Assembly (NCBI GenBank): GCA_951406725.2
Contig: OX597837.1
Coordinates: 23,188,001 to 23,252,000, forward strand
Length of the DNA stretch: 64,000 nucleotides
Source: Octopus vulgaris
Taxonomy: Eukaryota
Reading direction: 5' to 3'
The notes below the pieces were generated by a model. It was not told the DNA's origin. It searched no databases and worked only from the letters and a program-made list of their open reading frames with translations. The first letter of the stretch is position 1. Each line of letters opens with the position of its first letter. Of this stretch, positions 28,106 through 40,607 are shown piece after piece. The translations under genes were made by a program, and so were the position numbers.

Positions 28106-28982
28106 TTGGGTCATCCCATAAATAATGTGGCTTTTTTCAATTGCTTGAAATGAAAGTCGGAGGCAGGGAGGGGGGGATAAACTTCCTGCATCAACTTGCT
28201 ATAAAAGCAGGCAGTAATTTTACCTTGTACTTATTCTTAGTGCAAATTTTGAAGAGTGCAGTTCGATTTTAAGTGTTGTTTTTTCAAAGCCTTAATGGAA
28301 GTGACAAAGGAGTATATTTGGCATATTTTGCTTTATGAGTTCAATAATGGCAATAATGCAACAGAAAGTGCAAGGGTTATTAACGTAGTATATGGGGATC
28401 GGACAATAAGTGTAAGCCAGTGTCAATGGTAGTTCCAGAAATGCTGAGCCTCATCCTGGAAGATCAGTAGAGCTCGACAAGGATGTCCTGCAAACCTAGG
28501 TGGCACAACTGTTGAGGTATTAACAGAGAAGCTTGGATTTGGTCATTCAACCAGTCATTCAAGTCAGCGCTAGAAGAAAGGTAACCATCCTTGGTTTCAA
28601 GATGAAAGACGCTCTTCCATTAGGATAGTGTTCAGCCACATACAGCAAGGATGACATTCCAAAGGCTGGAGCTGTTTGAATGGCAAATGATGCCACACCC
28701 ACCAAATTCACCTGACATTGCTCTATGTAACTATCATTTATTCCGCAGTCTTCAAAACCATTTGGACGGAAAAAATATGAATTCTGTAGACAAGCTCAGA
28801 ACAGTACTGGTCATGGACAAGTGAATTTTAGAAGAGGGGCCTTGCAAGTCTACCACATAGATGGAAAGGCATTGTAGAAAATGAAGGAGAGTATATTTTA
28901 GATTAAAACAGAACTTTGTTTATCTTAATTTTGAAAAATAAAAGTGGTATAAATAAACAACATTATTTATGGGATGACCCAA
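28106..28982 (+). mobile_element. Internally deleted mariner (Mos1/mellifera-like) with intact TIRs
   Basis: TA|TTGGGTCATCCCATAAATAATG ... CATTATTTATGGGATGACCCAA|TA; MEVTKEYIWHILLYEF..NATESAR HTH and HPPNSPDIALCNYHLFRSLQ motif; stop codons. Confidence 0.9.
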
Positions 28983-29004
28983 TATATATATATATATATA
29001 TGCT

Positions 29005-29340
29005 GAGACCCCTTTTGGTCATGACTGACCCTGGGATTGCACCTAGAAAGTTACCCTCCCAGGCACAAGTCTGGGCAAGGTTGTTTTATGGAAGACCAGC
29101 AGTTGCCCATGCACACCAGCCTCCTCTCTCCATGCCACCAATGTTATCCAAGGGAAAGGCAAAGGCCGATACAGCTTGGCACCTGTGATGTCGCAACTTA
29201 TTTCTACAGCTGAGTGAACTGGGGCTGCGTGAAATAAAGTGTCTTGCTCAAGAACTGAACATGCAGCCTGGTCTGGGATTCAAACTCACAACCTCACGAT
29301 CATAAGCTCGACACTCTAACCACTGAGCCATGTGCCTTCA
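29005..29340 (-). mobile_element. SINE family E, full length
   Basis: Minus strand TGAAGGCACATGGCTCAGTGGTTAGAGTG...GAGTTTGAATCCC head. Confidence 0.8.
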
Positions 29341-29649
29341 CACACACACACACACACACACAACACACACATACATACATACATATATATAAATACTTAT
29401 ATATATATACACATATATTCTTTTACTTGTTCCAGTTATTTGATTGTGGCCATGCTGGAGCACCACCTTTTAGTCAAAGAAATCAACCACTGGACTTATT
29501 GTCTGGAAGCCTGGCATTTTTTCTATCAGTCTGTTTTGCCAAATTGCTAAACTATGGGCACGTAAACACACCAACATCAGTTATCAAGCAATGATGCAGG
29601 TGGGAAGGGGGGAATTAACACAGACACAAACACTCAAATATATATATAT

Positions 29650-30140
29650 AATAAAATATTAGGGAATAAATCCAAACTTACAGGGAAAAATCAGATTTAG
29701 GATTGAATCCAATTTTATAGTAAAATATTATATTATATTAAATTAGAGATAAAACCACTATTAGGCAAATCATACAATGAAAAACTTAAGCCAATACATA
29801 AGATTAATTAATTTATATTATTTAAATATATATCAAAATTATTAAAAAAGATAATTAATATAACACTATGATCGTTTCATGGCTGTTCAATTCTTAAAAT
29901 TTCCGAGTTACAGTCATTCTTCAGGTGGTTTAAATATTTAACTTGGCGAGGTTTAATCAATGAACTCAATTTTAAGAATTGAACAGCCATGAAACGATCG
30001 TAGTGTTATATTAATTATCTTTTTTAATAATTTTGATATATATTTAAATAATATAAATTAATTAATCTTATGTATTGGCTTAAGTTTTTCATTGTATGAT
30101 TTGCCTAATAGTGGTTTTATCTCTAATTTAATATAATATA
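29650..30140 (-). mobile_element. PLE-type pLTR with inverted duplication (arms 29729-29909 and 29963-30140)
   Basis: Near-perfect ~180-bp inverted arms; hammerhead at 29862-29930 on minus; embedded in (TA)n. Confidence 0.75.
29862..29930 (-). ncRNA. Type-I hammerhead ribozyme motif
   Basis: Minus strand CAC|CTGAAGA|ATGACTGT..ACAGCCAT|GAAA|CGATCA|TA|GTG; plus-strand arm keeps GAAACGATCGTAGTG at 29991-30005. Confidence 0.7.
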
Positions 30141-30752
30141 TTTATATTTATATATATATATTCATATATATATATATATTCATATATATATATATATCAA
30201 AATTGTTTGATCCAAATTTTTGATACTCTGAGTTTCAAGTGTGATGTTAATCTTCAGCCATTTTGAATTTGAGACAGAAGTTCATTGTTATTACTGTAAC
30301 ATGGGCTGCAATTAGTAGAGGAAGGTTATGCGGTGTCATGGTTTGATGTTGATATATTGGCAACAACAATTACTTGGAAAATACGGCATGGTAAACAGGA
30401 AATCAACCACGTGGTGGACAAGAAATTGACTGCGTAGTAGGCAGGATATCGGTCGCGTTGTTGGAGGGGAAGTAGGTAGGGGTGGTATTCGCAAGTATGT
30501 AGTTGTATATGTGAGTGTTTGGATGCGCTCATATGGTTTTGCATGCTTCTCTGTATTGATGGGAGTATGCACAGCTGCACATGGGTGTGCATGCACATGC
30601 CCCTCTCACACACTCACATGAATGAATACGCACACATACACCCACCCACATACATGTGTACACACATGTGTACATACATACACACATATATATATGTATA
30701 TATATATATATATGTATATATATATGTATATATATATGTATATATATATGTA

Positions 30753-30787
<35 letters not shown>

Positions 30788-31014
30788 GACGAGTTTCTTT
30801 CAGTTTCCGTTTACTAAATCCACACACAAAGCCTTGGTCAGCCCAAGGGTATAGTAGAAGACACGTGCCCAAAGTACCATGCAGTGGGACTGAACCCAGA
30901 ACCATGTGGTTGGGAAGCAAGTATTTTACCACATGGCCATGCCTATATATATATATGTCTCCATTTTCTTATTTGTATTATATATACACACACACATATA
31001 AATATATGTATATA

Positions 31015-31845
31015 CAGTGTGCGATGGGTAAATTGTTGCCATTTTATATTTTTAATTTTGCACATGTGTATTATTTGTTTTTAACTTTGTTGACTACACA
31101 GTATAGTAGGGTCAGTTGAGCACTGTCTGTGAAGAAAACAGCACGATGACACAATTCATTCAGCCAGAAATTTGGAAACAATATGCTGTATGCTTAGCAT
31201 TCATGCTGAAAGCTGTAGTACAAACATTTCAGAGTGTTTGGGTGTCAATCTGAGGACATGTGCTGAAAGTGATAAAAATCAAACATACAGTTTGATAAAA
31301 ATCAACATCATGATGTTTGGAGTGATCACTAGTGATGGCAAATTTATGCCTCCCACATGGCCTCAGTCTCAACATGGAGGCCTACATCATGTGTCTGGAG
31401 GAGGTAGTGCTGCCCTGGATGAAGAGGGTGGCTGCTGGAAGACTCTATGTCTGGTAACAGGACTCTGCATCAGGCCACACAACCTAGTGAACCCAGTCAT
31501 GGCTGTCAGACAATTTCTGCAACCACATCATCCCTAACATCTGGCCACCAAACTTCCCAGACTGCAATCTCATTGATTATTATGTATGGGGTGTAGTTGA
31601 GTAAGAGACCAACAAAACTCCTTCTAACACCAAAGATGAACTGAGAGCAAGGATTATGGCAGTATTCATCTATTTAAACAAGGGTGTGGGGTGTGGTTGA
31701 AGTCAATGGCGATTTTATTGAATAAATTTACTCTTTAGTATTTCAAGATATTTTAATGTAATTTTGGTAAATATATCTGTTAAAATGAGATATCAGTGAT
31801 ATTTTCATTTTTACGTAATTCAGACAACAGGTTATTCACCACGCC

Positions 31846-31848
<3 letters not shown>
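31015..31848 (+). mobile_element. maT-like DD37D transposon, deleted
   Basis: TA|CAGTGTGCGATGGGTAAATTG ... TTATTCACCACGCCCTG|TA; WPPNFPDCNLIDYYVWG motif. Confidence 0.85.
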
Positions 31849-31931
<83 letters not shown>

Positions 31932-31934
31932 ATA

Positions 31935-32200
31935 CAGTATTTCAGAAAAGCATGTACACCCTAAAAAATTTCAGTAAAATTGCCATTACTCTGATAATAT
32001 CAAAGGAAATCAATTGAAATTTATCCTGAATAAAATATATTATACATGCAAGCATTATACAAATTTGGAACACAAAACAATAAACATTTTTAAAGATATG
32101 AACGTAATATTTATTTTTGAATGATACAAAAATATGTACACTCTAAAGGAATTTTGCTATATTCACTATTTGGTGTAACCGCCCTTGCTTTCAATGACCA
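31935..32200 (-). mobile_element. Tc1-like 3' end
   Basis: Minus strand VIESKGGYTK* followed by a terminus with repeated ATGTACAC boxes and TA|CAGT end. Confidence 0.6.
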
Positions 32201-32689
32201 GCATCAACACCAAAACCAATACAAATACTACCAACATTACCAATTCAACAACTTTTTACTGACCACCGCTGCCACCACCAAGAATAATAATAGTATGAAC
32301 AATGTAAATGACTCCATCTCAAATATGAAAAAAAATAAATGCATGAGATAATGTGGTGCAACACCGATACCAGTATCAGCATAATAGCAATGTCTGTAGC
32401 AACATATGTTGCATGTCAACACAACAGTAGTGTGCGTGTGCAAGTGTGTAAACATACAGCACTGTACTTATAAAGTATTTCCTCCCAACTCATTCCTTTA
32501 CCTTCTCATTTTCTTATTTCCACTCTTACACCCACAGAAATAAGACCACTTTTGCTTTCACAAAGAAGTTCATTACTGGTGCTTTTCTTTTTACTCTATA
32601 TTTGTTGTGGATAGTTGTAGTTCACTGATGCTGGTGGAATTACCTACAATTCAAGATTTGAAGAAAGGAGGCATCAAGTGCAATTGAAG

Positions 32690-33820
32690 TAGTTGTATTA
32701 AAAGGAACCATAACAGGACACTATATATTAAACTTGACATTTTAAAAAGGCTTGATGTAAGAGAAAAAACCAGCCACATTGCCAAAACAATAAAACTTCC
32801 AATGACTTCAGTGAGAAAAATATACGACAATAGAAAGAAAATTAAGTCAAGTGCTCAGCGAGTCACTCCTTTTACTGTCCAGCTGTTATTTTTCCATCAG
32901 TATGTGAGGTTCAGTTTGGGACAGTTCTTGGGTACACGGGAGGTTAAAATATACGGTCAGACTGTATGCATGATTTCACAAATTTTTCACAAGCAGAAAG
33001 TCTACATCAAATTCAAAAAGATACTGCAATACTTGCAAATGATGTAGAGTTTGGAAGAAGTCATAGAGAATTATGAAGCTGAGATGTTTGTGACCTATAA
33101 AGGAAGTTTATCTAATGAAAAGATGATGCTGTAAGAACAAAAGCAAGCTGAAAATACAGATGTGAATATGGAAATTCAAACAACAACACAAGATGACTGC
33201 GAAGTATATTGCTGAAGGGTTGGCACTTAGAGAGAAAAGTCTATAAGATTTTGCTGATAACGATCCTAATCATGAACATAGCATAAACATTACAAAGGGA
33301 ATTTACAATGATCTTAGTTCCTGCACTGAGGTGTAAGAAGAGACAATGTGTCACAAAGATCAAACAATTTTGGATAAGTCATTCACCCCTCAAGTAGATA
33401 TTGACGATGCTGAACTATGTGATAGGAAATAGCGTACACATCCTCCTTGTAGCATTCATTCTATCACCACTCCTCAGAAAACAGTCATCTATTGTGGTAA
33501 AATTATAAGAATATATACTACTACAGTATCATAGCACTTATTTATTCCCCAACGAATTCTACTTCAAATATTTTCAAGTATAAATAGTGTACTGCGTATG
33601 TTTAGAAATTGTTATTTTCATGTATAAATGTGATCACGTTACCTATTTTTGTCTTTTTTTTTGTTTTTGGTCTTATTTCCCACCAAATAACCATTACAAA
33701 GCATTATCACTTTATAACAGGAAAATCAATGAGGAAAATTAATTTCGCATTATAGGATTTCAGGTTATGGTGGGTTTTTTGAGGACACACTACTCCCAAA
33801 ATGTGGCAGATTCTTGTATA
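32690..33820 (+). mobile_element. pogo/Tigger-like remnant
   Basis: IKLDILKRLD...HIAKTIKLPMTSVRKIYDNRKKIKSSA resembles the CENP-B-type N-terminal HTH; heavily decayed. Confidence 0.55.
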
Positions 33821-33929
33821 TATGTGCATGTGTGTGTGTGTGCATGTGTGTGTGTGTATACAGGGAAAATAGCTTTGTGTGTGAAAGATGCACTGGTACA
33901 ATAAACAGTGGGGTAAGCTAGAGGTAGGA

Positions 33930-34910
33930 TATAGCTTCCGTTATTTATCTAGGTGACCAAGCAAGTTAGTATCAGAGGTGGATGCTCCAAGAGCATAGCT
34001 GTGAGAATAAGATTAGATTGGGTATGGTTCAGAGAGCTCCTACCTCTGCTGGCAACAAAGGGTTTCTCTCTCAGAGTGAATGGCAAATTATATGATGCCT
34101 GTGTGCAAACAGCTATGCTACATGGCAGTGAAACATAGCTGAGGACATGCATACACTTGAAAGAAATGAAGCCAGTATGCTTCCCTGGATGTGCAGTATC
34201 AATGTGCATGTTTGACGGAGTGTAAGCATCTTGAGAGAAAAGTTAAGCATAAAAGGTATTAGATGTGGTGTGCAAGAGAGACGGCTGTGCTGGTATAGAC
34301 GAGGACAGCCGTGTAATGAAGTGCTGATCTGTAATTGTGGAGGGAACGTCTGGTAGAGGTAGAGCCAGGAAATCATGGGATGAAGTAGTGAAGCATGATC
34401 TTCAAACTTTGGCCCTCACAGAGGCAATGACTAGTGACTGAGACCTTTGGCAATATGCTATGCTTGAGAAGACCTGTCACGCCAAGTGAAATCATGGTTG
34501 TGGCTGATGCTGGTATCACATTACTGGTACCTGTGTTGGTGGCATGTAAAAAGCACCTTTCAAGCATTGGGCCTCATGGAAGCAAAGTGGCTGAATTCCC
34601 TACAAGTGCTGTGCCTCACGGAGGCACTGATTGAGACCTTTAGCATTATGTCATGCTTGAGATGAAGACCCATCAAGCCAAGTACAATCGCAGTTTTGAC
34701 AGACACCAGTGTCATGCAAATGGCATCCATGCTGATTGCATGTAAAAGCACCCATTATACTCTCAGAGTGGTTAGTATTAGGAAGGGCATCCAACTGTAG
34801 AAACCATGCCAAATCAAACTGGAGTCTGGTGCAGCCTTCCAGCTTACCAGCCCTGGTCAAGCTGTCTAACCCATGACAGCATGGACAACAGACGCTAAAT
34901 GATGATGATG

Positions 34911-34912
<2 letters not shown>
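33930..34912 (+). mobile_element. RTE LINE 3' fragment: RT C-terminus, family C 3' UTR and (ATG)n tail
   Basis: GGCSKSIAVRIRLDWVWFRELLPLL..SLRVNGKLYDACVQTAMLHGSET..LERNEASMLPW; continuous into family C sequence. Confidence 0.85.
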
Positions 34913-34993
<81 letters not shown>

Positions 34994-35138
34994 AAAAGCA
35001 ATAAAGATTCAAGTTAATTTAAATGAATTTACTTGAATATGGTACCTAACTTAGATGCACCAAAAAAAACTATACTGTTTTAACAATACAATAATGTGGG
35101 GTGATTATAAGCAGAAAGAAGCAACAAGAATGGATAGG

Positions 35139-35229
35139 TTTTAGTACAATCGTTTCATACAAGGACAGGCTTTATTAAAAGTTGCAAAAATTACAGCATA
35201 TAAACGTGTCCTGTACTCATCAGCTAAAA
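35139..35229 (-). ncRNA. Type-I hammerhead ribozyme (left arm)
   Basis: Reverse-complement twin of 35628-35716 with full CTGATGA/GAAA/GTA core. Confidence 0.8.
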
Positions 35230-35627
35230 TACATGTGAGTTCTCTAGACATCCTATTGGTTGAGGCTATACTCATGAAGTAGATAATTAAGTAACATAAA
35301 CAGATTTCCAAAGTTCATTAAAGTTCTTTAAAGATGATGTACAGTCTTATCACAGAATTTTAAAAAAGTTTTAATAGCATCACAGAGGTGACCTAATCCA
35401 TAGTGCACATATGAATTCCCAGATGAATATCTCTGGAAATTCATATGTGCACTATGGATTAGGTCACCTTCTCTGTGATGCTGTTAAAACTTTTTTAAAA
35501 TTCTGTGATAAGACTGTACATCATCTTTAAAGAACTTAATGAACTTTGGAAATCTGTTTATGTTACTTAATTATCTACTTCATGAGTATAGCCTCAACCA
35601 ATAGGATGTCTAGAGAACTCACATGTA

Positions 35628-35716
35628 TTTTAGCTGATGAGTACAGGACACGTTTATATGCTGTAATTTTGCAACTTTAATAAAGCCTGTCCTTGTATGA
35701 AACGATTGTACTAAAA
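35628..35716 (+). ncRNA. Type-I hammerhead ribozyme (right arm)
   Basis: TTTTAG|CTGATGA|GTACAGGACA..TGTCCTTGTAT|GAAA|CGATTG|TA|CTAAAA: stem I 6 bp, long stem II, near-palindromic stem III; predicted cleavage after A35710. Confidence 0.8.
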
Positions 35717-35745
35717 ACCTATCCATTCTTGTTGCTTCTTTCTCG

Positions 35746-35829
<84 letters not shown>

Positions 35830-35920
35830 AGGAGAATTCATGAAAAAAACAAAAGGATGAGGACAGGTGGTGTAGATAACAAACAGATGTATCAGTATAA
35901 CGCTCGGGAATTGAAAAAGT

Positions 35921-35956
35921 CTTTAACATTTTGAGCCTACGCTCTTCCTCAGAAAG
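35921..35956 (-). ncRNA. CpG-decayed mini-hammerhead in a PLE-like terminal repeat (35828-35990)
   Basis: Minus strand CTTT|CTGAGGA|A-GAGC-GTAG-GCTC|AAAA|TG|TT|AAAG; restoring two CpGs gives CGAAACG. Confidence 0.5.
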
Positions 35957-36019
35957 GAACACAGAAAGAAACAAGGAGAGAAAAAAATTTGTGCCAGTGA
36001 TAGATATGAATACATGTTG

Positions 36020-36150
36020 TAAGGTGGGTGGTCCAATAATTTGTAGCCAAAGTTGCCTATTTTCTGTAGAGTTTTATATGTTGTGTGTGCTGGTGCATTG
36101 TCCTGTAAAAACAGGACACTATGTCTCAGCTTTCTACACCATTTCTGCTT
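36020..36150 (-). mobile_element. mariner catalytic-domain fragment
   Basis: LFLQDNAPAHT...GYKLLDHPPY. Confidence 0.7.
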
Positions 36151-37069
36151 CAAAGCTTTGACAGGCTTCTTTCAGTTTCCTTCTATCAAATCCACAAATT
36201 GTTAGGCAATAAGGGAGACAACTGCAGAGAAGAGTGACTGTAGAGATAAGAGATTGTTGCAGAGAGAGAGAGAGAGTGGGGACCATTGTAGAGAGGGGAG
36301 TGTACAATTGTGTAGCAGTGTATCCATCATGCTTATCTTCCAAGTTCTGTCTTCTTGTCCATCATTTTTTTTTCATATCTGGCTCAACCTGATTGGCTAT
36401 TTTACTCAGCCTAACCTTGTTCACAAACCACAAAGTTCCTTCTATTTGTTGGCTAAAAATATATCATTTCCCTTGTCTTGATTGGTTTATTCTCAGTGAG
36501 CCTGTTTGAAACAAACAGAAATCAATATTGTAATATTGAACAGATACTGTTGCTTTAAACTATAACATATCTACTGCAACAGAAGAAGTAAAATAGACCT
36601 ATTCACTCACATTCAGCTTCTAGCATCAGCAGTTCATCATAATTATATAAGAAATGTAATGAAATTATCAGATAATTATACACTTGAGGTGATCAGAAAC
36701 AAATTCCTATTGAAAGTTTACATTGAGAATGCTTTAAAATCTGTAATTAATATCTTCGTTAATTGAAATAATAGCTGTTATCATTTCAAAAATGACAATA
36801 ATAGTTGCACTAAAATGTTGAGTATTACTTATATAGTTTATTAAACAGAACAACATTGCAAGTTAGAATTTGCTGTGCCAAAAAGGTTAGGAGTTACAAT
36901 ATTGAAGAAAAGTTTGTAAATTGAATGATGGATTTAACATTACCATCAAGTGTTGCCAGAATTGGCTGGCTACACAAGTGGCTGACTACGCTACTGTTCA
37001 GGATAACAGATTATCACGTATATGTTTTTAATTTGGGTTACTGGCTAGTTTCAAGAGTTTAATTTTTAA

Positions 37070-37301
37070 CCCTTTTGTTACCATATTTCTATTAGAATAC
37101 ATTGCCTTTGACATGTTTGATTTGGAAACTTATGAAGTGTTCAGTAAAAACAACAAAGAATTTAGTAAAGTAACTTTTGTTGTTGGGAATATAAACTAAC
37201 AAAGAACTTTGATGGAAGAGTTTTGATTTAGATCTCTTTAAAACAGGAAGGTTCTGTCACGGAGCTAAAAGGTGCTGTCTGGCGAGTTGGTATCAGAAAG
37301 A
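37070..37301. mobile_element. piggyBac-type MITE, degenerate
   Basis: TTAA|CCCTTTTGTTACC ... GGTATCAGAAAGA|TTAA; internally similar to 57833-58052 in reverse. Confidence 0.6.
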
Positions 37302-37685
37302 TTAAAGGTAAAAACATTATTGTGTATCATATGAAATCCTCCTCCTTCTTCTCATTTCCTCCTCCTCTCCTCCCCTCTCCCCTCTCCTCCCTCATCTCCT
37401 CCCCTCTCCCCTCCTCTCCTCCCCTTCTCTTCCTCCTCACTATCATCGTTGTTGTCGTCATCATCGTCATCATCGTCATCATCATCATCATTGTTGTTGT
37501 CATCATCATCGTAATCGCCATCCTCCTCCTCCTCCTCCTACCACCCCCTCTCCTCCTCCTCCTCACTATCATTGTCGTTGTTGTCATCATCGTCATCATC
37601 ATCATTGTCGTTGTCATCATCATCGTCATTGCCATCCTCCTCCTCTTCCTCCTCCTCCTCCTCATCATCATCATCATCATCAACA

Positions 37686-37719
<34 letters not shown>

Positions 37720-38164
37720 CATTCATTTTTCCATGTTGGCATGAGCTGGATGGTGTGGCAGGAGCTAGCAAGCTGGAGGGCGGCACCAGGCTCTAGTCGT
37801 CTATTTATGGCACGTTTCTATGGCTGGATGCCCTTCCTAATGCCAACCACTTTACAAAGTGTACCAGGCATTTTTCATGTGGCACCAATACGGGTCCTGT
37901 TCATGTGATGCTGGTGCAGGTATCTTTTACGTAGTGCCAGCACAGGTGCCATCTACATGGCACCAGCACTTAACTTTATAAATTAGACCCAGCCTTCAGA
38001 CAGTCCTTACATATATTCTCTTTTACCGACTTTCTTTTACTTATTTCTGTCACTGGACTGTTGCCATTTTAAGGCACTGATTTAAAGAATTTTACTTGAT
38101 CATTTCAATCATAGAACTAATATTTTAAAACCTGGTTCTTATCTTATCAATCAACATCATCATC

Positions 38165-38211
<47 letters not shown>

Positions 38212-39042
38212 AATCATCATCACCATCATCATTTAATACCCATTTTCCATCTGACACAAGATCACCTCCTCCAATGCCCCCTCCCCTCTCAAAGATTCCT
38301 CGTCTTGCAAGTTACTTGGTGCCATGTAAAAAGCATCCAGTCTGTGCTGTAAAGTGGTTGGCATTTGGTAGAGCATGCCAAAACTGACCTTGCCTGTGCT
38401 GGTTCCACGTAAAAAGCACTCAGCCCACTCTGTGAGGTGGTTGGTGTTAGGAAGGGCACCCAGCCATAAAAAAGCCATGCCAAAACAGACACAGAAGTAT
38501 GGTGTGGTCTTCTGCCTGGCCAGCTCCTGTCAAACCATCCACCCCATGCTAACATGGAAGGAGGACATTAAATGATGATGATGATGATGATGATACTGGC
38601 ATGGGTTACACAGTTGACTGGAGCTGGCAAGCCAGAGATCTGCACCAGGTTCCAGTCTCTTTTGGCTTGGGTTTTATGGTTGGAGATCCTTGCTAATGCC
38701 AACCACTCTACAAAGAGTACTGGGTCTCTTTTATATGTCACTGGCATGAGTACCTTTGATGTCTCATCAGCACGAATACCTTTTAACGTGTCACCAGCAC
38801 TGGCCATGACCATGATTTTTCTTAGCTTCACATGTCTTCCCAAGCACAGAAAATCACCAGAAGTTTCAGTCACATGTCTTTGCCTCCGTGAGACTCAAAC
38901 AACTAAAGACCTTATTTCACCGTGTCATCCCACATCATCCTGGGTCTCTATTTGCCAAATTGCTAAACCAAGTGACATAAAGAATGACACTGATTTTTCA
39001 GGTGGTGTCAATGTAGAAGGTCATAGAAACAGATACATACAT

Positions 39043-39273
39043 ATTTCTTTACTACCCACAAGAGGCTAAACACAGAGGGGACAAACAAGGACATACAAAT
39101 GGATTAAGTCAATTACATTGACCCCAATGTGTAACTGGTACTTAATTTATTGACCCCGAAAGGATGAAAGGCAAAGTTGACCTCAGCGAGATTTGAACTC
39201 AGAATGTAACGGCAGACGAAATATGGCTACGCATTTCACCCTGCGTGCTAACGGTTCTGCCAGCTCGCCGCCT
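39043..39273 (-). mobile_element. SINE family B
   Basis: Colinear with 6118-6343. Confidence 0.85.
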
Positions 39274-39669
39274 TCAGATACATACATGATACATACATGT
39301 ACACACACGTGCGCATGTGTGTACACACACACACACACATACACACAGATCTACAATGGGCTTCCACAGAGTTTTTGTCTTCCAGTTTTATGCACAAGGC
39401 ATTGGTCAACTCAAGGCTATTGGAGAAAATATTTGCCCAAGATGCCATAATGTGGAATGAGAACCAATCCACAAAAGAACATGGCTTCCAAGCAAACTCC
39501 TGTTAGAATGTATTTGTAAACCTCTGTTTTAAAGATTATCTGTTAACAGGGGAGACTACTGTAGAGAAAGAATGTTGACTGCAGAGAGAGGAGACTATTA
39601 CAGATAGAGTAACACATAGCTGGTATATCACCATCTTCATCACCAGCATCATCAGCATCATAAATAACT

Positions 39670-39892
39670 TTACTCTTTTACTCTTTTACTTGTTTCAGTC
39701 ATTTGACTGTGGCCATGCTGGAGCACTGCCTTTAGTCGAGCAAATTGACCCCAGGACTTATTCTTTGTAAGCCTAGTACTTATTCTGTCGGTCTCTTTTG
39801 CCGAACTGCTAAGTTATGGGGATGTAAACACATTAGCGATATTGGGGGGAGGGGCAAACACAGACACACAATCACACACACATACACATACA

Positions 39893-39942
<50 letters not shown>

Positions 39943-40115
39943 CACACACATACATACATATGACGGGCTTCTTTCAGTTTCCGTCTACCAAATCCACTCA
40001 CAAGGGTTTGGTCGGCCTGAGACTATAGTAGAAGACACTTGCCCCAAGGTGCCATGCAGTGGGACTGAACCCGGAACCATGTGGTTGGAAAACAAGCTAC
40101 TTACCACACAGCCAT
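39670..40115 (-). mobile_element. SINE family A
   Basis: Colinear with 712-1124. Confidence 0.85.
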
Positions 40116-40607
40116 TCCAGCGCCAACTTTGATTATAATTTCTAAAGATATAGATTCATTACGGTCTTCTGGTAGTGCTTGTGTAAGGATATACAGTAAC
40201 CAGTCAGAATGTTACCTGTGACATACCTACACATACATGCCCCAATGACTTTCCTTCCTTGTAACTTTTAGAAATTTTGGGATTTTTTAATGAACATGCT
40301 TCAGATGGTGTCAATTCTGATTATACCAAAATTTGCTGTAAAAGAAATACTTAGAAAAAGGATTAGAAGTGTGTCCGTATGTATGTATCCTATTCCACGA
40401 GTTTTTATTTCCATATTAAATTCTGATGTAATCATAATCTACATATCCTGAAAAGTATTTGTTGAGATTTTCTTTTTAAATTGTCAAAATTTTCTTTTGA
40501 AAATACCCATTTTCCCCCAAAATTATTATAAATTTTCTGAAACCCCTCTCCCTATTTTCCTGAAAAATGTTTTTGAAATATATTCTGGTATAATTGCAGT
40601 TTACACC

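Larger units (their letters stand above)
34992..35743. mobile_element. PLE-type pLTR fold-back: ~630-bp palindrome 35113-35743 plus unique left extension
   Basis: Arms of ~310 bp pair around loop 35424-35431; hammerhead on each strand; (TA)n on both sides. Confidence 0.85.

Noticed and set aside
35113-35743. Viroid/obelisk-like integrated genome
   Set aside because: Ribozymes in both polarities arise simply from the inverted duplication; the (TA)n target and one-sided extension fit a PLE pLTR better
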